Shown here: positions 56,319 to 64,000 of the stretch, piece by piece
Layout of the letters: each line of letters begins with the position of its first letter
Position numbering within the stretch: position 1 is the stretch's first letter
Source: an uncultured Lentimicrobiaceae bacterium
GTDB taxonomy: Bacteria > Bacteroidota > Bacteroidia > Bacteroidales > 4484-276
Direction of reading: 5' to 3'
Assembly: GCA_964593705.1 (NCBI GenBank)
Contig: CAZQIV010000007.1
Coordinates: 81 to 64,080, forward strand
Length of the DNA: 64,000 nt
Position numbers and translations under genes: made by a program
Notes under the pieces: model-generated
The model's database searches: none
What the model saw: the letters and a program-made list of their open reading frames with translations, nothing else
Told to the model about the DNA's origin: nothing

Positions 56319-58292
56319 ATGATGGAAAATAGAAATGAAATAAGATATTTTCGTAAAAAGCTACTTGATTGGTTTGATACCAATAAAAGAATTTTTCCAT
56401 GGAGAAAGGAGAATATTGCAAATTATGAGCTTATTATGAGTGAAATTCTTCTCCAAAGAACAAGAGCAGAGACAGTTGCAAAATATTATAATACCTTTTT
56501 CAATAAATATCCTAATTGGGAGGAAATTAGAAATGCCTCTATAGAAGATTTAGAAGATATTCTAAGACCTTTGGGGTTATTTAAGCATCGAGCAAAAAGG
56601 CTTTTCAAAATAATAGAGGAATACAATAAAAAAAACGGCATTTTACCCCGAAATTCTAATGAAATAAATGATTCTACCCTTGCAACTTTGTACATCTCCA
56701 ATGCTTATGAATTATTTATTCTTAACAAACGTGCTCCTTTATTAGATGTTAATATGGCTAGAGTACTGAGCAGATTCTTTAATCCAAAAAAAGTTAAGGA
56801 TGTAAGAAATGAAAAAGAATTACAAGAATTTGCTAAAACAGTTATTAATGTCAAAAATTGTAAAGAATTTAACTGGGCAATTTTAGATTTTGCTGCAATT
56901 GTATGCAAATCACACAAGCCTGATTGTGTTAATTGCCCATTGAAAAGTAAGTGTAGGTTTTTCTCTAAAGAAACTGAGCGGATGGATGCAGAGGAACCAC
57001 AGTTAAATATTTATTACGATAATAGAGAAGTTGAATTACAAAAAGAGAAAAAATATAGAGTACTATCACTTTTTTCTGGTTGTGGTGGAATGGATTTAGG
57101 ATTTGAAGGAAATTTCATAGTCCATGAAAAAAGTATAAACAAAAGACATAATCCTGATTTCATTGGAAAAAAGGAAAAAGGAAATATGATAAGGCTAAGA
57201 CCGACAAAGTTTCAAACTGTTTTTGCAAATGACATAATTAATGATGCCAGAAATGCTTGGGTAAATTATTTTCAGGAGAAAGGGTATTCTTCTGAAATAT
57301 TTCATGTTGAAAGTATTGTTGACTTGGTGAAATTACACAAACAAGGAGTGAATGTATTTCCCAAAGACATTGATATTGTAACAGGAGGATTTCCTTGCCA
57401 AGATTTTAGTGTATCGGGATTAAGAAATGGATTTGAATCCCATAAAGACCATACTGGAAAAAAAATAGGCAAAAAAGATCCAACAGTTGAAACCAGGGGG
57501 CAACTTTACATGTGGATGAAGGAAGTCATTGACATTGTTCAACCAAAGATATTTATTGCTGAAAACGTGAAAGGTCTTGTCAATCTTTCAAACGTTAAAG
57601 ATATAATACAGCAGGATTTCGCAAAAGCTAATGGTAATGGGTATATCGTGCTTCCCCCTCAAGTTTTGCATGCGGCTAATTATGGTGTTCCACAATCGAG
57701 AGAAAGAGTTTTCTTTATTGGGCTTAAAAAAAGTGAATTAAAAAAAGGAGTATTAGAAGAATTCGAGAAAGATACAATTTCAAAAGAATATACCCCCTAT
57801 CCAATACCTTCTCATTCAAAGGATGTTAGATTTAATGGTTGTATTGAATATGTTAAATTAAAAGATATTTTCAATAATTTGGATGAACCAGAAAGCTCTT
57901 TAGATCCGTCACAAATGTATTATTCCAAGGCAAAATTCATGGGAAAACACTGTCAGGGTCAAACTGAAATTAATCCTGATGGTATTAGCCCGACAATTCG
58001 GGCAGAACATCATGGAAATATTGAATACCGAAGACTTTCATTAGAGAATGGGGGTAAAATAAAAAAAGAATTAAATAGTGGGATGAATGAAAGAAGACTT
58101 ACCCCCAGAGAATGTGCTTTAATTCAGACTTTTCCTTCAGACTATGATTTCGTTATTCCATCAAACGGAAGAAATTTTTTTATAAGCCCTTCTTCTGCAT
58201 ACAAATTAATAGGAAATGCTGTTCCTCCATTATTAGCATATCATGTTGCAAAAAAGATAGAAAAACAGTGGGATAAATACTTTAAAGAATAA
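56319..58292 (+). CDS. fusion protein: HhH-GPD (EndoIII/MutY-type, 4Fe-4S) DNA glycosylase domain + C-5 cytosine DNA methyltransferase
   Basis: N-terminal half: FPWRK..SEILLQRTRAETV, LLDVNMARVLSRF (catalytic Asp context), and CKSHKPDCVNCPLKSKC (C-x6-C-x2-C-x5-C). C-terminal half: m5C motifs FSGCGGMDLGF (I), GGFPCQDFS (IV), ENVKGL (VI), QSRERVFFIG (VIII) and GNAVPP (X). Confidence 0.85.
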   Translation: MMENRNEIRYFRKKLLDWFDTNKRIFPWRKENIANYELIMSEILLQRTRAETVAKYYNTFFNKYPNWEEIRNASIEDLEDILRPLGLFKHRAKRLFKIIEEYNKKNGILPRNSNEINDSTLATLYISNAYELFILNKRAPLLDVNMARVLSRFFNPKKVKDVRNEKELQEFAKTVINVKNCKEFNWAILDFAAIVCKSHKPDCVNCPLKSKCRFFSKETERMDAEEPQLNIYYDNREVELQKEKKYRVLSLFSGCGGMDLGFEGNFIVHEKSINKRHNPDFIGKKEKGNMIRLRPTKFQTVFANDIINDARNAWVNYFQEKGYSSEIFHVESIVDLVKLHKQGVNVFPKDIDIVTGGFPCQDFSVSGLRNGFESHKDHTGKKIGKKDPTVETRGQLYMWMKEVIDIVQPKIFIAENVKGLVNLSNVKDIIQQDFAKANGNGYIVLPPQVLHAANYGVPQSRERVFFIGLKKSELKKGVLEEFEKDTISKEYTPYPIPSHSKDVRFNGCIEYVKLKDIFNNLDEPESSLDPSQMYYSKAKFMGKHCQGQTEINPDGISPTIRAEHHGNIEYRRLSLENGGKIKKELNSGMNERRLTPRECALIQTFPSDYDFVIPSNGRNFFISPSSAYKLIGNAVPPLLAYHVAKKIEKQWDKYFKE

Positions 58293-58296
58293 TAAT

Positions 58297-59343
58297 ATGG
58301 TTATTTCAGTTAATCCAACACCTTCTCAAATAGAATTTGATGCACTATTAAATAGTGCCCTTGATTCATTGGTGTTGGAATCAAAACTTAAACAGGATGA
58401 ATACTTAACATTATTGGGAAAAAAATTTGAAGGACGGGTTTTAACCCACATGAATGAACAAACACAAGGCACGCCTTTTGAGAATTCTATCGAACTAATT
58501 TCTGGTCAAAAATTTCCCGATATTATTGCTAATAAATATTATGGAATAGAGGTTAAAACAACCAAAAGAAACCATTGGACAACTACTGGAAATTCAGTAC
58601 TTGAAGGAACAAGGGTTGATGGTATAGAACGAATTTACATTATGTTTGCTAAAATGGTTAAACCTGTGGAGTTCAAATGTAGATTATACGAGGATTGTCT
58701 GACGGATATTGTTGTTACTCATTCTCCTCGATATAAAATAAATATGAATCTTGATGCTGGCCAAACAATCTTTGATAAATTAGGAATTCCCTATGAGAAT
58801 TTGAGAAATTCACCTAATCCAATTAGCCCCATAGTTGATTATTACCGACAGTTTTTGAAACCAGGTGAAGAAATTTGGTGGTTAGATCAAGAAGAATCTG
58901 TTTCTAAAGATTTGATTATAAAATTATGGAATAACCTAAATATCGAAACAAAAAGGCAATACATGATAAAATCCATGATTTTATTCCCCGATATTTTTAG
59001 TAATCGTCCAGATAAATTCAATAAGCTTGCGGTTTGGCTTGTGAATTTCGAGAGTATTGTTTGCCCAAACGTGAGAGATGTATTCACTGCTGGTGGACAA
59101 GGTACTATTACATGGAATAATGAAAACTACACCAACATTCCTAAGATTGTTATTAAACTAACGGATTCACTTGAACAAATAAAAATACATCTTGATAACT
59201 TTAGCCCTGAGATTTTGGAATATCATTGGCAAAAATCGATAACTGATAAATTCAAAGATTGGTTAGATTTAATTGTTGAGAATACCACGCACATGAAACT
59301 CAAACTGGATTTACGAAAATATATTGAAAAAAATATCAAATAA
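58297..59343 (+). CDS. putative type II restriction endonuclease (PD-(D/E)xK)
   Basis: Starts 4 nt after the methylase stop. KFPDIIANKYYGIEVKTTK fits PD...ExK. There is no other recognisable family. Confidence 0.55.
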   Translation: MVISVNPTPSQIEFDALLNSALDSLVLESKLKQDEYLTLLGKKFEGRVLTHMNEQTQGTPFENSIELISGQKFPDIIANKYYGIEVKTTKRNHWTTTGNSVLEGTRVDGIERIYIMFAKMVKPVEFKCRLYEDCLTDIVVTHSPRYKINMNLDAGQTIFDKLGIPYENLRNSPNPISPIVDYYRQFLKPGEEIWWLDQEESVSKDLIIKLWNNLNIETKRQYMIKSMILFPDIFSNRPDKFNKLAVWLVNFESIVCPNVRDVFTAGGQGTITWNNENYTNIPKIVIKLTDSLEQIKIHLDNFSPEILEYHWQKSITDKFKDWLDLIVENTTHMKLKLDLRKYIEKNIK

Positions 59344-59346
59344 TAT

Positions 59347-59409
59347 GCAAGCACATTGCCAAAGCCCCATTTGCCGATGCTCAACCCAAAGCTTTGTAAA
59401 AGAGCTTGC
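59347..59409. repeat. Structured hairpin element, copy X3 (right flank of R-M cassette)
   Basis: Outer stem GCAAGC/GCTTGC, inner stem CAAAGC/GCTTTG, 25-nt loop CCCATTTGCCGATGCTCAACCCAAA. It begins 3 nt after the stop codon. Confidence 0.65.
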
Positions 59410-59549
59410 TTTTGACAATGATACAAAGAACGCCCAGTTATTAACATGCGGAAAATGCCAATAGGTAAAATTGTTGAATCCGGTTAAACAATTCTTGCTT
59501 TTTTGAGTTAATCAAAAGGTAAAATAATTTAATATTTAGGAGAAAAAAT

Positions 59550-60089
59550 ATGTCGAACATAAGTTTTGGAGAGTATATCGAAGGGAAATCGTTCAAGGTA
59601 TTGGACGAACGCCGGATGCGTGCCAGTGCAGGGGTAATGTTATTCTTAGGAATTATTGCATCTGTCAATGCTTTTATTTTGCAGAACTACATTGTAGTTA
59701 CCTACATCAGTGGCTTTTTGATGTTAAATTTTATGATAGGAGTTTTTATCAATCCTAAATTTTCGCCCACCGTTATTATAGGTTATCTTGTTACCTATAA
59801 TCAATCACCTTTGCCCATCGGGGCCATTCAAAAAAAGTTTGCCTGGAGCCTCGGGCTCACTTTGGCGGCAACAATATTTGTACTTTCCTTTTTCTTATTA
59901 AAGGATATCAATTTCTTCCAGCCCGTTTGTTTTTTGTGTCTTATTTGTCTTATGCTCCTTTTCCTGGAAACCTCCTTCGGGATATGCGTAGGCTGCAAAT
60001 TGTATTATGTTGCCATTGGTTTAAAATTACTCAAAAAGCCGGTGGAAAAACCAAACTGCATGGGTGATGCCTGTGCTGTGGGTGAATAG
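59550..60089 (+). CDS. DUF4395-family membrane protein
   Basis: VLDERRMRASAGVMLFLG start, four TM segments and a C-terminal CVGCKLY are typical of DUF4395. Confidence 0.65.
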   Translation: MSNISFGEYIEGKSFKVLDERRMRASAGVMLFLGIIASVNAFILQNYIVVTYISGFLMLNFMIGVFINPKFSPTVIIGYLVTYNQSPLPIGAIQKKFAWSLGLTLAATIFVLSFFLLKDINFFQPVCFLCLICLMLLFLETSFGICVGCKLYYVAIGLKLLKKPVEKPNCMGDACAVGE

Positions 60090-60510
60090 TTGGGCATAAT
60101 AGATATCCCTTGAAATGGCCATATTTTTAATCAAATTATTTATTTTTTCTTATGCCATTGGCATCCCTATGGGAGTGTTCCTAAGTGCCCCCCGATAGCT
60201 ATCGGGGGGCACAAAAATTTACTAAGACGCATTATTCACGACACTTGATTTACATTATGTAAGGAGTTCTAAAATTAAAAAATTGTCGATTCTATGGACA
60301 CTCATTTATTAGCCCGTGTCTATAAAGCCAATGCTTTTTAATAGCCCCGCCCGTCAGTTGACGAATGGGGGAAAATGAGTTGAAAGTTACCTCCCCCGCC
60401 TTGTCACTTTCATTTCTTAATTAAAAATGTTTTTTTGGATGGGATTTCCTATTTAACGAATATTGTATTTATTTAGCTTCGTTGTCATTTGCGCTTCACA
60501 TTTCATTTAA

Positions 60511-60574
60511 TGACCACCAATGACCATCAATGACTATCAATGACCATCAATGACCATCAATGACCACCAATGAC
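60511..60574. repeat. 10-bp tandem repeat (TGACCAYCAA) x6.4
   Basis: tgaccaccaa tgaccatcaa tgactatcaa tgaccatcaa tgaccatcaa tgaccaccaa tgac. The reverse-complement motif also occurs at about 43712-43727. Confidence 0.9.
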
Positions 60575-60610
60575 TTTTAATTGAAAAAGGATTACAATGT
60601 CACAAATCTA

Positions 60611-61348
60611 TCAACCACCTAAATAGTTACAGAAAATCTTAACTATCAATCCCACACCAATTAACAATAAGAGCAGATAAACCCAGCCGTAGAACTTCTC
60701 CGATTTTATTTTTCCGAACCAATATTCTCCAACGAAAAAGGCGATAATAATGAAAGGTAAGCTATAAAGAAAATACCAAACAACTTCGCCGGTAATATTT
60801 CCAAATGCAACGTGCCCTGCCACAACACTAATTCCCACAAAGAAAAAATAGCTTTGCAATGTTGACCTGAATTTTTGGGCAGGCCAGTTTTGAGCCGACA
60901 AAAGCATGATTACCGGAGGCCCGTTGGTGTTGTAAGCTCCCCCAAGTATTCCGCTAATAAAGCCCACAAGATAGTAGATCACCGATGGGGCTTTCGATTT
61001 TATTTTCATCTGAAAAATACGGCTTAGTGCAAAAGCGATAATGAAAATAGCAAGCACCAGGCTGATTACTGATTCGTTAATATACCTGAGGTAGATTAAA
61101 CCCAGGGGAATGCCTGCCATTGCCGAAAGAACCAATTTCCAGGTTAGTCGGAAGTTGACATGCCGGCGGTTTTTAATGAGGATCATCAATGCCATCATCA
61201 GCGCAAGCAAGGCCATGAGCGGTGCAGCAATTTGAATGCTGACAACAAGCACAAGGAGTGGCATACCCACCAGCGCATCTCCAAAACCAAAGGTGCTCCT
61301 GATAAGAAAAGCTGCGAAAACAATAATAATGGTATAAAAAATGTCCAT
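60611..61348 (-). CDS. TauE/SafE family sulfite/anion exporter
   Basis: 245 aa with about 7-8 TM segments. FGFGDALVGMPLL and GGAYNTNGPPV are typical of TauE. Confidence 0.75.
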   Translation of the reverse strand: MDIFYTIIIVFAAFLIRSTFGFGDALVGMPLLVLVVSIQIAAPLMALLALMMALMILIKNRRHVNFRLTWKLVLSAMAGIPLGLIYLRYINESVISLVLAIFIIAFALSRIFQMKIKSKAPSVIYYLVGFISGILGGAYNTNGPPVIMLLSAQNWPAQKFRSTLQSYFFFVGISVVAGHVAFGNITGEVVWYFLYSLPFIIIAFFVGEYWFGKIKSEKFYGWVYLLLLLIGVGLIVKIFCNYLGG

Positions 61349-61691
61349 CTTAATTCTACTTTAACAGATTATGTTCAAACTGAAAAATCAATCCACTTTA
61401 ACCCCATCCCTAAAGGGAGATGGATTGATTTTTCTGCATTTTACTTCCGTCAGCTGACGGATTGGGGTAAAAATGCAGAAAAATCTAATGTGTTAAAGTA
61501 GAATTAAAACGAATCTAAAATATTTTCTTTGTATCCTTTAATCGAAATCCGAAACAAATAAAACTATTTAGCTTTAATAAGTAAAATACTCACAATAATT
61601 ATTAACACCTGCTGACATGAATGTCTGATGGACTCTTATGGAGAAACATCAATTTATTTCATCCGTGCATCAGTGGCTAATCTTTACACAA

Positions 61692-62456
61692 ATGAATAAA
61701 ATTGCATTAATAACCGGGGCTACCTCAGGAATTGGCGAAGCCATAGCTAGTAAATTCGCCAACAATAACATTGATCTTATCCTTACCGGGAGAAGAAAGG
61801 ACAGGCTTGACACACTGAAACAAAAACTGGAAAGTGAAGCAGGAGTGCGAGTATTATGCCTCGAAATGGACGTAACCAGGCGTGAAGCTGTTAGCACTGG
61901 TATTGGAAGCCTCACAAACGATTGGAAGCTTATTGATATTCTGGTCAATAATGCGGGGCTTGCAGTGGGTCTCGAAAGTATTCATGAAGGAGTTATTGAT
62001 GATTGGGAGCGCATGATCGACACCAACATCAAAGGACTGCTCTATGTTACGCGCAACGTTTTACCGCTTATGCTTGAAAATGGTTCCGGGCAGGTGATTA
62101 ACCTGGGATCGATTGCAGGTAAGGAGGTGTATCCGTCTGGAAATGTTTATTGCGCCACAAAACATGCTGTTGATGCCTTAACTAAAGGGATGCGTATTGA
62201 CTTGCTTGGTAAAAATATTAAAGTATCCCAAATTGCTCCGGGTCTTGTTGAAACCGAATTTTCGATGGTAAGATTTAAAGGTGATGATGAAAGAGCGGAG
62301 GGTGTTTATCAGGGATATCAGCCGCTACTGGCCAACGATATTGCCGATATTGCTTATTATCTCACCACATTGCCACCCCATGTTTGCATCAACGATCTGG
62401 TAGTTACACCACTCAGTCAGGCCAATGCATATCTTGTAAACAAACATCAATCATGA
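61692..62456 (+). CDS. short-chain dehydrogenase/reductase (YdfG-like NADP-dependent)
   Basis: TGATSGIGEA (TGxxxGxG) and YCATKHAV (YxxxK). ATG at 61692 is preferred to the upstream start. Confidence 0.85.
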   Translation: MNKIALITGATSGIGEAIASKFANNNIDLILTGRRKDRLDTLKQKLESEAGVRVLCLEMDVTRREAVSTGIGSLTNDWKLIDILVNNAGLAVGLESIHEGVIDDWERMIDTNIKGLLYVTRNVLPLMLENGSGQVINLGSIAGKEVYPSGNVYCATKHAVDALTKGMRIDLLGKNIKVSQIAPGLVETEFSMVRFKGDDERAEGVYQGYQPLLANDIADIAYYLTTLPPHVCINDLVVTPLSQANAYLVNKHQS

Positions 62457-62460
62457 GTTC

Positions 62461-62607
62461 AGTCTAAAAAGCCACCCTACCCCTAAATCCCCTAAAGGGG
62501 ACTTTCCTAAACTATTGATTTTTAGGGCTTCTCCCTTTTGCCATTGGCATCCCTTCGGGGAGGGTTAGGGGTAAAAAGGGCTAAAAATCAATAGTTTAGG
62601 GTTTCTA
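62461..62607. repeat. family-2 element with nested palindromic cargo
   Basis: AGTCTAAAAAGCC... CCCCTAAATCCCCTAAAGGGG, AAACTATTGATTTTTAG/CTAAAAATCAATAGTTT arms, and the TGCCATTGGCATCCCTTCGGGG module (also at about 60150). Confidence 0.6.
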
Positions 62608-62733
62608 AATTAAAATCAATAATACAAAGGCACGTTAAAAAAGTATTTAAACACTTTATAAATTGCCCAATTCGAATAGCGGCATGGATGAAAATAGTTC
62701 CTTTGCTGTTTGGCTCTTAAGATCAAAATTGAA

Positions 62734-64000
62734 ATGAAACCACAGCGTACTGTTCTCTATTTTATTCAAAGCTTACGAAGGAAATACCTCAACGACAGGC
62801 AGTACATGATGGTACTTGCCGTTGTAATTGGATTTTTGAGTGGTTTGGCTGCTGTTATTATTAAAAACGCCGTTCATTTTATTCAGGGTGTTCTTACATC
62901 AGGTTTTGATGAAAAATATGATAATATTCTCTACATTTTTTACCCGGTTTTGGGGATTATTATTACCGTCCTTTTTATAAAATTTATATTGAGGCAATAC
63001 GTGGGCGATGGTGTGCCAAGTGTGCTGTACGCCATCTCAAAAACCAAGGGTATTTTAAAAAGGCACAACATGTTTTCGTCGGTAATTAGCAGCTCATTAA
63101 CGATTGGCTTTGGGGGGTCGGTTGGGTTGGAAGGGCCTACTGTGGCAACCGGTGCGGCGATCGGCAGTAATATTGCCAAAGCACTGCATCTTACTTACAA
63201 GCAAACAGTAACCTTGTTGGCCGTTGCAAGTGCCGGAGCCATGTCTGCTATTTTTAAATCGCCCATTGCTGCCATAATTTTTGCTGTTGAAGTCATCATG
63301 ATCGACCTAACTGTAGCCTCACTCATTCCGCTGTTATTAGCATCAGTTACTGCCGCGCTCACTTCCTACTTTTTTCTGGGGATGAATGTGCTATATCCCT
63401 TCGAGATAGAGCAACTTTTCAGGATGAAGGATATCTGGCTTTATGTGATTCTTGGGGTATTTACCGGGTTCACCAGCCTTTATTTTACCAGGGTGTATTT
63501 GTTTTTCCAAAATTTATTCAGCGGTATTAGCAGATGGTATTTGAAACTTGCATTCGGAGGCTTGCTGCTTGGCTTGTTGATCTTTCTTTTCCCTTCGCTT
63601 TATGGAGAGGGCTACAAAGCTACTAACTCCTGCCTGCATGGTAATACCATCACCCTATTTGAAAATGGTTTGTTTTATGGCTTTAAGGATAATCTTACGG
63701 CGGTTTTTGTTTTGATGATTGTGGTGATGCTATTAAAAGTTGTGGCCACTTCGCTGACCTTTGGAGCAGGAGGAATAGGTGGAATATTCGCACCAACGCT
63801 TTTTACCGGTGCCCATGCCGGGTTGTTTTTTGCCTTGGTCTTCAACCATTTTGGTTTTTATCATGTTTCTGAAACCAACTTTGCGTTGGTAGGAATGGCC
63901 GGCCTCATTGCAGGAGTTATTCATGCACCACTTACGGCGGTTTTTCTTATTGCAGAGATTACCGATGGTTATGGCCTGTTTATGCCCCTGATGATTACCG
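62734..64000 (+). CDS. ClC-family chloride channel / H+-Cl- antiporter (3' end outside window)
   Basis: The frame is open from ATG 62734 to the window edge. GGSVGLEGP (GxEGP selectivity motif) and GGIGGIFAPTLF (GxFxP) are present. It is not in the ORF track because no stop lies in the window. Confidence 0.85.
   Translation, partial: MKPQRTVLYFIQSLRRKYLNDRQYMMVLAVVIGFLSGLAAVIIKNAVHFIQGVLTSGFDEKYDNILYIFYPVLGIIITVLFIKFILRQYVGDGVPSVLYAISKTKGILKRHNMFSSVISSSLTIGFGGSVGLEGPTVATGAAIGSNIAKALHLTYKQTVTLLAVASAGAMSAIFKSPIAAIIFAVEVIMIDLTVASLIPLLLASVTAALTSYFFLGMNVLYPFEIEQLFRMKDIWLYVILGVFTGFTSLYFTRVYLFFQNLFSGISRWYLKLAFGGLLLGLLIFLFPSLYGEGYKATNSCLHGNTITLFENGLFYGFKDNLTAVFVLMIVVMLLKVVATSLTFGAGGIGGIFAPTLFTGAHAGLFFALVFNHFGFYHVSETNFALVGMAGLIAGVIHAPLTAVFLIAEITDGYGLFMPLMIT

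Noticed and set aside
1-64000. tRNA, rRNA, tmRNA, RNase P and common riboswitches (B12, TPP) in intergenic regions and upstream of the TonB-dependent receptor
   Set aside because: No T-loop/anticodon-arm patterns, rRNA-like segments or conserved riboswitch boxes were recognised by eye. This is not a substitute for tRNAscan or Infernal.

Overview
This 64-kb window looks like chromosomal DNA from a Bacteroidota-type bacterium. The evidence is TonB-dependent receptors, GH92, Rex, DUF5687/ABC, TAnnTTTG-like promoters and no Shine-Dalgarno dependence. No rRNA, tRNA, CRISPR array, transposase or integrase was recognised. Conserved or housekeeping genes include a thioester alpha-2-macroglobulin, acyl-CoA dehydrogenase, PhoH, PurC, Rex, an N-glycan utilisation cluster (GH92, glycosylasparaginase, MFS, EEP), an ABC/DUF5687 pair, AI-2E, a THUMP methylase, an SDR and ClC. 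Three things stand out. (1) An accessory island of about 14.5 kb (about 19.9-34.5 kb) lies between a TPR gene and a DUF62 gene. It is packed with toxin-antitoxin-type modules: a zeta-like kinase, HigBA, HepT/MntA, a decayed HEPN/NTase pair, MazG, and a triplicated Fic/Doc-like gene in different states of decay. Three copies of the 3' end of the TPR gene and attC-like post-ORF palindromes subdivide the island, and no recombinase is visible. (2) An AT-rich two-gene restriction-modification cassette (56.3-59.3 kb) has an m5C methyltransferase fused to an EndoIII/MutY-type 4Fe-4S DNA glycosylase domain. A structured direct repeat brackets the cassette, and a third copy of that repeat sits at the window start. 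(3) A 1632-aa protein consists of two complete UvrA-like units fused in tandem. Nearly every intergenic space also carries mosaics of nested perfect palindromes that fall into families with conserved termini (MITE-like). One family member interrupts a Fic paralog, which gives a filled-versus-empty site comparison within the window. Other oddities are an archaeal-type GatD homolog without GatE, an in-frame TAG in a MazG-like gene, a homopolymer frameshift, an SOD relic and a G-free tandem-repeat tract. All calls come from reading the sequence and ORF translations by eye. No database search was run.
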